This document shows positions 49,118 through 58,440 of a stretch of DNA of 64,000 nt, piece by piece. The stretch's first letter is position 1. Each line of letters starts with the position of its first letter. The stretch covers positions 5,440,001 through 5,504,000 of the forward strand of contig CBDETK010000013.1 in the NCBI GenBank assembly GCA_965242865.1. The letters are read 5' to 3'. Under the pieces are notes generated by a model, which was not told the origin of the DNA, made no database searches, and saw nothing but the letters and a program-made list of their open reading frames with translations. Made by a program: the position numbers and the translations under genes. The DNA comes from Candidatus Latescibacterota bacterium (GTDB lineage: Bacteria > Latescibacterota > UBA2968 > UBA8231).

Positions 49118-50356
49118 CTACCCTGTGCTGCGCTCTTTCCACAGCCGAACCGTGAAGCGGTAATCCTCCGCTATCAGGTCCGGCTCGGTGCCGTTGTGGG
49201 CCAACATGCCGGGAATGATCTTGTTCCGCACGCCCATTCCACGCGCATCCACATAGCCGTAGTCGCGCATCACGTTGACTAGCGTCTGATTGCGGGCGTA
49301 GCGCAGTCCCAAGCGCATCCCGGCCGGCGTCACCGTGTTGGGCAAGCGACCCGGGCTGACCACTTCGAGGCGGTCGGAGAATATGACCAGCATGATGTCC
49401 GTTCCCACGATGCTATAATCGCGGTGTACTAGGGCGTTGGCCACGGCCTCGCGCACCGCTTCTTCGGGAAATTCCCAGCGGTCAATCCGCCGCGCCCCTT
49501 CCAAGTAGGCGGAAGGCGTCGTATTGCGCCGCACGAAATCCCACGCCTTATCTACAAGCCCCAGCTTGACAAACTCCCCATCCTCGGGGTCGCAGAGCGG
49601 AACCATAGGACCGTTGAGATCCTCGTCCGCACGGGTTGCATAATCCGGCTCCCGGCCTACGTAGCAAATCGCGCGAATGCCCGATTGCGGAAGAAACCGC
49701 TTGGGGTTCTTGCCGAACAGGAGCATTCCGTCCACGGTTGCGACCATCCGGCCCGCTGTTGGGGTCGCAAGTTCGAGGTTTTGCAGCAGCCTTTGCCATT
49801 GATCGACATCGCTTGCCGGCGGAACGCTGCTGCCCAGAACGCGGCCAAAGTAATCGCGCAAGTGCCGCTGGCTGAGCGAGTCGATTGCCGTGCCGAGGAC
49901 GGGCTTTAAGCCGTAACGGAACAGTCCCCCTTGTAAGTAGAGCCGTTCTTCTTCCTCGCGGCCAGCGGCTCGCGTGGTAGTACCGACGCGTACCTGAGTA
50001 ACCCAATTTTCTCCGCGCTTAGCCTTGTACGGCTTATCCGGCGCATCGCGAGGCAGAGATATAATGCCGACGGTTTTCCCCTCTCCCCAGTCCACGGTCT
50101 CCCAATAGGGAATCGTCGCCGGCAAAACGTGGGTACGCGCCGTTTCCATCACCCATTCTTCGACCTTGCGCGGCTCTCGCATGAGACCGGTAACCGAGCC
50201 ATTGTCTTCGACGCCGAGGAAAATGTACCCGCCTTCGAGATTGAGTAGAGCCACAATTTCCGCGGCGAGTCGTTCCGGGCGAAGATCGGCGCGTTTGAAC
50301 TCCACGCCGGAGTTCTCGCCGCTGCGAATCAGTTCGACTAAGTCGTCTTTGTTCAT
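49118..50356 (-). CDS. AlbA_2 (Schlafen-like) + HATPase_c_4 protein, paralog of 43115-44350
   Basis: GENSGVEFKR, LLNLEGGYIFLGVEDNG, REAVANALVHRDY. Confidence 0.88.
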   Translation of the reverse strand: MNKDDLVELIRSGENSGVEFKRADLRPERLAAEIVALLNLEGGYIFLGVEDNGSVTGLMREPRKVEEWVMETARTHVLPATIPYWETVDWGEGKTVGIISLPRDAPDKPYKAKRGENWVTQVRVGTTTRAAGREEEERLYLQGGLFRYGLKPVLGTAIDSLSQRHLRDYFGRVLGSSVPPASDVDQWQRLLQNLELATPTAGRMVATVDGMLLFGKNPKRFLPQSGIRAICYVGREPDYATRADEDLNGPMVPLCDPEDGEFVKLGLVDKAWDFVRRNTTPSAYLEGARRIDRWEFPEEAVREAVANALVHRDYSIVGTDIMLVIFSDRLEVVSPGRLPNTVTPAGMRLGLRYARNQTLVNVMRDYGYVDARGMGVRNKIIPGMLAHNGTEPDLIAEDYRFTVRLWKERSTG

Positions 50357-50371
50357 GGCTTTATTCCCGCG

Positions 50372-51484
50372 TCACCGCGCAAAAAGTTCCCCCGCTTCCA
50401 TCGTCAACTCGCGGCCCTGACCGCCGTCCTCGCGCACCACGAGTTGCCCGGCGGCGTATTCCACAGCGGCGACGCCGGCGAAGTCGGGGGGAATTTCCAT
50501 GAGAAAGTTGGCGTAGTGAAAGACTTGGGTCTCGTCCGCATCGATGAAGCGCAAAATTTGGCGGCCAAAGATAGGGCCCTTTTGGACGAGTATCGGCCCG
50601 GGCTGATGTAAGCCCGTGGTGCCAAACTCCAAGCCGCGGGCAAAGGGCTTGCCGTCGCGGACGTGCCGCCAAGCGTCGAACCACGGGTAGTCCGCTGTCG
50701 GCCAGATATAGCCGATCAGCAGCCCTTGGCCGGCGTTGATGGCCGTGGTCCAGCCGTATTCCGCTTCGACGATATAGGACACCACGGCCGGGGCCGCGTC
50801 ATCCGTCAGATGGCGCATATCGACCTCGGTGCCGTCCTTTTTGCGGGCGTAGGGCCAGCGCACCTCCGGATCCTCTGGCGTCGGCATGGGCGTTTCCTGC
50901 ATGAAGCCGCGCGTGCCGTTGGCGTCAACGCGGGTGCTCGCGTCCAAAAAGGGCGGGCCAATGGTCGGGTGCTGGACGATGTTGTACACGCGGCCCAAAT
51001 GGCGCGTGTTGGTAACGGCCTCGGCCACGGCAACCACGGCTTGGTCCTGATGCAGGCGAATCGAGCGTGCGACCGTTAGGCCGGCTAGGGGCAGCTCGGC
51101 CGATAGCTGGGCCACGAGAAAGCCATCCGTAGCGCGGACGTCCTCGTCTTTTGTCCACCACACGCGCGTGGCCTCGCCGTGCCAGCCCATGCCGTGAGCT
51201 TGCTCGGCTTCGGTGGCCGGTCCCCAGCGGTCGAGGCACAGGAAGTGCCCCATGGAGCGCGGTTCCATGGGCGGGGCTTGGTCCGGGGTAGCACTGAAGG
51301 ACCAAGAGTCCCATTGCAGGGGGTTGAGCGGGTTGCTTTTGAGGTGGAAATCGGCAATGGAGCCGCCGCCTAAATCGACGACTAACACCGCGGCTTGGCC
51401 GTCGAGGACGAGGCGGGGGCGGTCTGCGGCCGGGCTGGGCGCAGCGGCCCAGAGGAAGGTTGTGAGGCAGAGAATCCATCTCAT
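50372..51484 (-). CDS. Secreted hypothetical protein, possibly galactose-mutarotase-like fold
   Basis: Signal peptide; HGE, HPT, GLEF pattern. Confidence 0.6.
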   Translation of the reverse strand: MRWILCLTTFLWAAAPSPAADRPRLVLDGQAAVLVVDLGGGSIADFHLKSNPLNPLQWDSWSFSATPDQAPPMEPRSMGHFLCLDRWGPATEAEQAHGMGWHGEATRVWWTKDEDVRATDGFLVAQLSAELPLAGLTVARSIRLHQDQAVVAVAEAVTNTRHLGRVYNIVQHPTIGPPFLDASTRVDANGTRGFMQETPMPTPEDPEVRWPYARKKDGTEVDMRHLTDDAAPAVVSYIVEAEYGWTTAINAGQGLLIGYIWPTADYPWFDAWRHVRDGKPFARGLEFGTTGLHQPGPILVQKGPIFGRQILRFIDADETQVFHYANFLMEIPPDFAGVAAVEYAAGQLVVREDGGQGRELTMEAGELFAR

Positions 51485-51566
51485 TGTGGTGCTCCTTTAC
51501 GGGTGAAGGAATGGGCAACGGAACGCAACAACGTACTAGAAATTGACAGCAGGCAAAAGACGGCAG

Positions 51567-53651
51567 ATGTTGTTTCTAATGAGCGTCGTTCTGGTTGCTA
51601 CCCTGTCTATTTCCATCCTCGCCCTAAGCGGCTGCCGCGAACCGGCCGGCCGCTCCGAGGCGTTCCGCGAATCGTACTACCGGGGCTTGGACTTGCTGGA
51701 GCGCTATCGGCTCCGGGCGGCCGAGCGGGCCTTTGCCCAGTGCGTCCGGCTGGAGCCCGAGGCGGCCGAGGGCTACTGGCAGCTAGGACGGGTGCGGCTC
51801 GTGCAGGGGCGGCTCGAAGAAGGCGTGGAGTTGCTGGAACGAGCTGCGGTGCTCGACCCTGCCTTGACGGCCGCGCGGTCTTTGGCGTTGGAGACCTTTT
51901 TGGGGCGGGGGAAAGAGGCACTCGAAGAGGGGCGGTTTGAACAGGCGGAAAGCTATTTGCAGCGGGCACTGGCCGCCGATCCCCAAGGCTACGAATCGCT
52001 CTACTGGGCGGCGATTGCCGCGCTGTGGCAGCAGGACTACGTGCGGGCCGACTCGATCTTGCAGCAGGCCGTGGCCTTGCATCCCGAGCCGTTGGAATTG
52101 CGCTGGCACCGGCAGTGGTTGCAGGAGGCCTTGGGGCGGCCGGCCACCGGGGCCTTTGCCGATGCCGTGCCGCCGGGACCGATCGGCGGGCGGTTTAGCG
52201 AAATCGGGGCCGAGGTGGGGGTCGATAAGTTCGACGGGGGCCGCGCCAGTGCGTGGGCCGACTACGACGAGGATGGCGACCTCGACTTGGTCGTCATCGG
52301 CCATCCCGCCTTGGCGTACTTTCGCAACGACGGCGCGCGCTTTGCCGAGCGGACGCAGGCGGCCGGATTGGTGCGGCCCGAGGGCGGCATTGGGGTGCAG
52401 ACGGCCGACTACGACAACGACGGCGACGCCGATCTATATGTGACGCGCGATGGCTGGTTTGGCGGCGGGGTGAACGCGCTCTTCCAAAACGACGGCCGGG
52501 GGGGCTTTGCCGATGTGACCCAAGCGTCGGGCACGGGCGATCCCGGGTCGAGCTTTTGCGCGGCGTGGAGCGACTTCAACCGCGACGGCTATCTCGACCT
52601 CTACGTGGCCAACGGCACGGGCGCGACCGGGGATTCGACCAATGTGCTCTACCGCAATCAGGGCGACGGCACCTTTGCCGACGTGGCGGCGGCCGCTGGG
52701 GTGGCTCACCAGGGGCAGACGTTGAGCGCGGCGTGGGGCGACTTTGACGGCGATGGCTGGCCCGACCTGTACGCGTGCAATTTTACCGAGCCGAATGTGC
52801 TTTTCCGCAATCGGGGCGACGGCACTTTTGCCGATCAGACGGTCACGGCCGGCGTAGGGGCCGAGTACATCGACGGCTTTATAACGTTTGTCCTCGACTA
52901 CGACAACGACGGTGCGCTGGATATTTTCGTGGGCAACTGGAGCCAGTACTCGGTAGTGCTGGCCGACCGCGTCGCCGGAAAGTCAACCAGCCAGCGCGAC
53001 CGGCCGGTGCTTTTCCGCAATCGGGGCGACGGCACCTTCGCCGATGTGACCCAAGCCGCCGGGCTGGCGCGGGCGCTGGGCACGATGAGTGGCGTTCCCG
53101 GGGATGTGGATAACGACGGCTACATAGACATCTACCTCGGCAACGGCGGGCCGCAGATGGGCCGGCGCGAGCCGGATGTGCTTTTCCGCAATCAGGGCGA
53201 CGGGACCTTTGCCGATGCGACCGAAGCGGCTGGCTTGGGGCACTTGGGAAAATCGCACGGCGTGACCTTTGCCGATTACGACCGCGACGGCGACCTCGAC
53301 CTGTACGCGCCCGTGGGCGGCGCCCAACCCGGCGACCAGTGGCCCAACGCATTCTACCGCAGCGAAGGCTTTGGCAATCACTACTTGGTCTTGGAATTGG
53401 AAGGCGTCGAGAGCAATCGCGACGGGATCGGGGCCAAGGTCTGGGTGCATTCCGGCGAGTTAATGCAGTTTGCCGAAGTGGCTTCGGGGTACAGCTTTGG
53501 CAACAGCAACAGCCTAGAGCTGGAATTTGGTTTGGGGCAACGGCTGCGGGTCGAGCGCATTGAGGTGGCGTGGCCCAGCGGGCAGGTTGACGTGCATCGG
53601 GACATTGAGGCCGACCAGCACTTGCTGCTGCGGGAGGGGGAGACGCGGTGA
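51567..53651 (+). CDS. TPR + CRTAC1/ASPIC-UnbV protein (probable lipoprotein)
   Basis: LSGC lipobox-like; TPR helices; DYDNDGD repeats; GIGAKV...FGLG...WPSG. Confidence 0.88.
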   Translation: MLFLMSVVLVATLSISILALSGCREPAGRSEAFRESYYRGLDLLERYRLRAAERAFAQCVRLEPEAAEGYWQLGRVRLVQGRLEEGVELLERAAVLDPALTAARSLALETFLGRGKEALEEGRFEQAESYLQRALAADPQGYESLYWAAIAALWQQDYVRADSILQQAVALHPEPLELRWHRQWLQEALGRPATGAFADAVPPGPIGGRFSEIGAEVGVDKFDGGRASAWADYDEDGDLDLVVIGHPALAYFRNDGARFAERTQAAGLVRPEGGIGVQTADYDNDGDADLYVTRDGWFGGGVNALFQNDGRGGFADVTQASGTGDPGSSFCAAWSDFNRDGYLDLYVANGTGATGDSTNVLYRNQGDGTFADVAAAAGVAHQGQTLSAAWGDFDGDGWPDLYACNFTEPNVLFRNRGDGTFADQTVTAGVGAEYIDGFITFVLDYDNDGALDIFVGNWSQYSVVLADRVAGKSTSQRDRPVLFRNRGDGTFADVTQAAGLARALGTMSGVPGDVDNDGYIDIYLGNGGPQMGRREPDVLFRNQGDGTFADATEAAGLGHLGKSHGVTFADYDRDGDLDLYAPVGGAQPGDQWPNAFYRSEGFGNHYLVLELEGVESNRDGIGAKVWVHSGELMQFAEVASGYSFGNSNSLELEFGLGQRLRVERIEVAWPSGQVDVHRDIEADQHLLLREGETR

Positions 53652-55033
53652 GGGGGTCGGCTGCCATCGCGCTCTTGTTGGCCGGGTGCGCCGCGCCGGA
53701 CGCGCCCGAGGCCCATCGCCAAGCGCAGGCGCTGATCGCCGGTCGGCCCCTGCGGACCTTGAGTCCGGCCGAATTGGCTCAAGCCGAACAGCTCGTCACA
53801 CGGGCGCGGGACCTCGACCCGACGCGGCCCGAGGCGACTTTTGCCTTGGCCGCGCTCTACGTGGCGCGCGGTGCGTACGAAGACGCGACCGCGCTCTACC
53901 GCAGCCTAGTGGAAGCGCACCCGGACGACGGGCGGGCCTACGCCGAGTTGGGGTTTAGCTTGGCCGCGCAAGGGCGCTATAGCGGCGCGTTGCGCGCCTA
54001 TCAGGATGCCGTGCGCCGAGGCGAGAAATCGGCGCGGCTGTACGCGCGGCTGGGCCACGCCTATCAGGCGCTGGGGCACTTGCGGGAAAACCTCCACGCG
54101 GCGCAGGCGGCCTATCGCGCATCCCTCCAGCTTGCGCCCGAGCAGGCCGAGGTGCGCTACCAGCTAGCGCGCGTAGCGGCGCGGTTGGGGCAAGATGAGG
54201 AGGCGCGGACGCTGATGCAGCAGGCACTCGACGCCGCGCCCCAAGACTTGGGGATCCGGGCCGACCTCGCCGCGCTCTACCGAGAGGCCGGTCAACGGGA
54301 ACAGGCGCACGCCGCACTCGTCGAGGGGTTGGCGGCTGGCGATGGGGGGGGCGAGGAAGCGGTCTTGTACTGCGAGTTGGGGCGGCTGCTCTGGGAGGAA
54401 GGGGATGGCGTCGGTGCCCTAGCCCAGTTTGAACGGGCGCGGGCGGCCGATCCCGACCTGCCCCCGGTCTATCGCTATTTAGGTTTGATCCACAGCGCGG
54501 CCGGGCGGCTGGACTCGGCACTCGCCGCGTTTGTCGAGTTGGCGAACCAACAGCCTAGAGATGCAGCGGCCCAAGTGAGCATCGGCATCGTCCACAGCCG
54601 CACAGGTGCGCTCGCCGCGGCTGAAGAGGCGTTTGAAACGGCCCTCGCGTTGGGCGGTGCCGAAGGGGACGCGGCCCTGAAGTTGGGCGGGTTGTACGTG
54701 CATCAGCGGCGGCTACGCGCGGCCGTGCAGGTGTTCAAAGAAGCCACGGTCGCGCACCCGCACCACGCCGAGCTTTTTGCGTCGCTCGGCGATGTCTATC
54801 GGCAGTTGGGCTTGCTCGCCGCGGCCGCGCAGGCCGGCGAAGAGGCCGTCCGGCTCGAACCGGAGCGGGCGCTGTGGCGCTTCCATCTCGCCGCGACGTA
54901 CGAAAAATTAGATCCCGAGCGAGCGCGGGCCGAGTGGCGCGCGTACGCATCACTGGCCGAGGGCGACGAGCGCGAGGCCCAGCGGTTGGCGCAGGTTCGC
55001 TCGCGCCGGCAAACTTTGCAACAGGAGGAATGA
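53648..55033 (+). CDS. TPR lipoprotein
   Basis: LAGC lipobox; serial TPR motifs. Confidence 0.85.
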   Translation: MRGSAAIALLLAGCAAPDAPEAHRQAQALIAGRPLRTLSPAELAQAEQLVTRARDLDPTRPEATFALAALYVARGAYEDATALYRSLVEAHPDDGRAYAELGFSLAAQGRYSGALRAYQDAVRRGEKSARLYARLGHAYQALGHLRENLHAAQAAYRASLQLAPEQAEVRYQLARVAARLGQDEEARTLMQQALDAAPQDLGIRADLAALYREAGQREQAHAALVEGLAAGDGGGEEAVLYCELGRLLWEEGDGVGALAQFERARAADPDLPPVYRYLGLIHSAAGRLDSALAAFVELANQQPRDAAAQVSIGIVHSRTGALAAAEEAFETALALGGAEGDAALKLGGLYVHQRRLRAAVQVFKEATVAHPHHAELFASLGDVYRQLGLLAAAAQAGEEAVRLEPERALWRFHLAATYEKLDPERARAEWRAYASLAEGDEREAQRLAQVRSRRQTLQQEE

Positions 55034-55896
55034 TGATCGACCTAGTGGCTTTTGACCTCGACGGCACGGTGCTCGACTCAGAGGGGCGGTTGGCGGCTTC
55101 GGCCGTGGCCGCGCTCGAGGAACTGATCGGGCGCGGCATCCCCATCGCCAGCATCAGCGGGCGCAGCATGCTCCGCATCGAACATTGTTTTGCAGCCCAT
55201 CCAGCCTTGGCGCGGGCACTCTACATGGCCGGCTACAACGGCTCGGTGATTCTCGGGCCGGGCGAAGGGGCCGGGCGCACGGTGTTGCGCGAGGAGCGGC
55301 TGGACGAGGCGTCCTTTGCCCAGCTCGTCGAATACGGGCGCGCCGAGGGGCTGAACCTGATCTACTGCCTATTTGAACGCACGGCCGCGGGGATCGCCGA
55401 GGAGTACCGCCACGTCCGGCCCATCGATCACCTCGAAGCACTCGGCGGCCCGGGCATGGTGCTCGACGCGGATTTGTACGCGCGTTGCCAGCGCGGCGAG
55501 TTCGGCGCACCGCCCAAGATCATGCTGGAGGTCGCCCCCGAGCGACGGGACCAGCACATCGCCGCGATCGAGGCCCTGTGCGGCGATCAGGTCTATGTGG
55601 CGTGGGCACTGCCCGACCGGGTGGAATTTATGCGGCGGGGCGTGGATAAGGGCGTGGCCTTGCGGACGCTGGCCGAGCGGGTGGGCGGGTGCGTGGAGCG
55701 CGTCTTGGCGATTGGGGACGCGGACAACGACTTGCCCATGTTGCGCGCGGCCGGGACCGGGGTGTTGCTGGGCAATGCAAAGGACGAGGTAAAAGCGGCC
55801 GTGGCCGGAGAGGACGTGCGGATTGGCCCGGGGATGGCCGAGGATGGCTTCGCCAAAATGGTGTGGGAATACGCGCTGGACGGGGAGCAGCCGTGA
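55030..55896 (+). CDS. HAD-IIB (Cof-like) hydrolase
   Basis: FDLDGTVL, SGR, DKG, GDADNDLPM. Confidence 0.9.
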   Translation: MMIDLVAFDLDGTVLDSEGRLAASAVAALEELIGRGIPIASISGRSMLRIEHCFAAHPALARALYMAGYNGSVILGPGEGAGRTVLREERLDEASFAQLVEYGRAEGLNLIYCLFERTAAGIAEEYRHVRPIDHLEALGGPGMVLDADLYARCQRGEFGAPPKIMLEVAPERRDQHIAAIEALCGDQVYVAWALPDRVEFMRRGVDKGVALRTLAERVGGCVERVLAIGDADNDLPMLRAAGTGVLLGNAKDEVKAAVAGEDVRIGPGMAEDGFAKMVWEYALDGEQP

Positions 55897-56564
55897 TGCG
55901 GGTGTTGTGCGGAATCGCGCTGTGGGTCGCCGTGGCGTCCGCGGAGGAGGGCGGGGAGATGGTACAGATCGAGGGGAAGAATCACAGGTTCTACCTAGAC
56001 AAGTACGAGGTGACCAACGCGGAGTATGCCGCGTTTTTGACCGCCAAGGGAAACGCCAAAGTGGAAGGGGTGTTCTGGGTGGAACTGGGCAGCCGATATA
56101 CGGCCCTCGTGGAGCAAGACAGCGTGTATCAGGTCAAAGAAGGGTTTGCGCGGCATCCGGTCATTGAGGTGTCGTGGTACGGGGCCAGGGCCTATTGCCG
56201 GTGGGCGGGCAAGCGCCTGCCGACCGAGGAGGAATGGCAATTCGCCTGCGCCGGGGCCGACGCGCGAAAGTACCCGTGGGGAGCAGACTTCGAGGCGGGA
56301 CGCGCCAACATCTTCGGCGACGCGGACGGCTACCGGCGGACCGCGCCGGTGGGGTCCTTTCCGCGGGGGGCCAGCCCCTTTGGCCTCTTGGATATGGGCG
56401 GCAATGTGTGGGAGTGGACGCAAGGCGGCGAGAAAATGCAGTTTCTGCGTGGGGGATCGTGGATCAACGGCCCCACCTTGGCCCAGTGCAACAAGCGGAC
56501 CAACACCAAGGACTCGCACTCGTACATCAAGGGCAACACCATAGGCTTCCGCTGCGCCCGCTAA
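55896..56564 (+). CDS. Formylglycine-generating-enzyme (SUMF1) domain protein
   Basis: YEVTN, RLPTEEEWQFA, DMGGNVWEW, RGGSW, GFRCAR. Confidence 0.9.
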   Translation: MRVLCGIALWVAVASAEEGGEMVQIEGKNHRFYLDKYEVTNAEYAAFLTAKGNAKVEGVFWVELGSRYTALVEQDSVYQVKEGFARHPVIEVSWYGARAYCRWAGKRLPTEEEWQFACAGADARKYPWGADFEAGRANIFGDADGYRRTAPVGSFPRGASPFGLLDMGGNVWEWTQGGEKMQFLRGGSWINGPTLAQCNKRTNTKDSHSYIKGNTIGFRCAR

Positions 56565-58202
56565 ATGCTCGCGCCCATTTTTGCCCTCCTGCTCGTCGGA
56601 GCCAGCACCCGGGCCGATCCCTTTTTCGTGGATGCGACGCGGGAAGCCGGCTTGGACCATCCCACCATCAGCGGCGGCCCGCACAAGCGCTTCATCCTCG
56701 AATCGATCGGCAGCGGCGCGGCGTTTTTCGACTACGACCGCGATGGCGACCTCGACCTGTACGTGGCCAATGGCTCGACCTACGCCAACTATGGCACAGG
56801 GCCGGGCAATGTGCTCTACCGCAACGACGGCGGTGCCTTTGTGGCGCGGGTCGCCGGCGTGGAAGATTCGAGTTGGAGCATGGGAGTAGCGGTGGGGGAT
56901 TACGACGGCGACGGGCAGCGCGATCTCTATGTGACCAACTACGGGGCGGACGCGCTCTATCGCAATCGCGGCGACGGCACCTTTGCCGCAGTCGCCGCGC
57001 CGCCCGGGGTTGCCGGCGATCGCTTCAGCACGAGCGCGGCGTTTTTCGACTACGACCGCGACGGCGACCTCGACCTGTACGTGGCCCATTACGTGATCTT
57101 CGACATTGAGCCGGTGCTGCAAGACCCGGAATTGGCAGACCCTTGCGTCTATTTGGGCGGGCTGCGGGTCTTTTGCGGGCCGCAGGGCATGGCGGGCGGG
57201 CGGGATCGGCTCTACCGCAACGACAGCGGCCGCTTTGCCGATGTCACGGTCGCGTCCGGCGTGGCCGAGGCCAATGCCCACTATGGCTTGGGCGTGGTGC
57301 CGGCCGACTTGGACCGCGACGGCGACTTAGACCTGTTCGTGGCCAACGACGAGACGCCCAATGCGCTGTTCCGCAACGACGGCGGCCGCTTGATCGATGT
57401 AGCCTTGGCGGCCGGCGTGGCGTACAACGGCGATGGCGAGGCCGAGGCGAGCATGGGGGTGGATGCGGCCGATTGCGACGGCGATGGCGATTTGGACCTG
57501 TATGTGACCAACTTCTACGGCGAGACCAATACGCTCTATTTGAACTCGGGCGACGGAACCTTTATCGACGCCACGAGCGAGCGCGGCTTGGCCGCCCCTA
57601 CGGTGGGCTATCTAGGTTGGGGGACGCGCTTTTTTGACTTCGACTTCGACGGCGACTTGGACCTGTTCGTTGCCAACGGCCACATCTATCCCCAAGTGGA
57701 TCACGCCCAGGCCGGAGGCACGTATGCCCAGCGCAACCAGCTTTTTGCCAACGCGGGCCCGGGCGTCTTTGCTGCGGTGGAAGGGGCCGGTCCCGGGCTG
57801 CTGGTGCAAAAGTCGAGCCGGGCGGCCATCAGCGGCGACTACGACCAAGACGGCGATGTCGATCTGTTCACGACCAATATCGACGATAGCCCGACGCTCT
57901 TGCGCAACGAGACGCCCTCCGGTCGCTACCTCGTGGTGCAAATCGAACCGGAAGCCGTCGGCACTTGGGTGCGGCTGGTCGCGGGCGGGCGGACGCAGGT
58001 GCGGCAGGTCGGTGGGGCGGCGAGCTATTTGGGCCACAGCGACGGGCGGCTCCACTTTGGCGTGGGCCGAGCCGAGCGCGTGGAACGCTTGGAGGTGGTG
58101 TGGCCCGATGGCGCGGTGACGCGGCGGGAGGATCTGCCGGTGGATGAGCTGGTGATCGCATATAAGGAGGGGAAATTGGGCCGTGTGCATAAGCGGCCGT
58201 GA
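56565..58202 (+). CDS. CRTAC1-family protein (FG-GAP + ASPIC/UnbV)
   Basis: DYDRDGDLDLY repeats; HFGVG...WPDG. Confidence 0.9.
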   Translation: MLAPIFALLLVGASTRADPFFVDATREAGLDHPTISGGPHKRFILESIGSGAAFFDYDRDGDLDLYVANGSTYANYGTGPGNVLYRNDGGAFVARVAGVEDSSWSMGVAVGDYDGDGQRDLYVTNYGADALYRNRGDGTFAAVAAPPGVAGDRFSTSAAFFDYDRDGDLDLYVAHYVIFDIEPVLQDPELADPCVYLGGLRVFCGPQGMAGGRDRLYRNDSGRFADVTVASGVAEANAHYGLGVVPADLDRDGDLDLFVANDETPNALFRNDGGRLIDVALAAGVAYNGDGEAEASMGVDAADCDGDGDLDLYVTNFYGETNTLYLNSGDGTFIDATSERGLAAPTVGYLGWGTRFFDFDFDGDLDLFVANGHIYPQVDHAQAGGTYAQRNQLFANAGPGVFAAVEGAGPGLLVQKSSRAAISGDYDQDGDVDLFTTNIDDSPTLLRNETPSGRYLVVQIEPEAVGTWVRLVAGGRTQVRQVGGAASYLGHSDGRLHFGVGRAERVERLEVVWPDGAVTRREDLPVDELVIAYKEGKLGRVHKRP

Positions 58203-58440
58203 CGAAGGTGCTGCTCGCCTTGCTCGATGGCCCAACACCGGCGACTTTGCTGGCCATATCAACGGCGTCTAGCGTATTATAAGGGTGTCAACAAAAACGA
58301 GGATTTTCCTAGAAACCTGAAGGAACAATCATGCAACGGCCTCGCAGCTACAAAAACCCGCCTATATAGCAATTCTAAATTATTCAAGAGATGTTATATA
58401 TTGCTGTAATTCCTACTTCTTTGGAGCTATCCAAATTACC

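Noticed and set aside
47330-49118. RT as retron, DGR or group II intron
   Set aside because: No retron VTG/NAxxH motifs or upstream room for msr-msd (45 nt); no TR/VR pair with A-specific mismatches seen; no maturase domain or intron ends recognised.
51567-58202. Recurrent nucleotide repeats (GACTACGACCGCGACGGCGACCTCGAC, CGCAATCGGGGCGACGGCAC)
   Set aside because: Explained by FG-GAP/VCBS protein repeats in CRTAC1-family genes.
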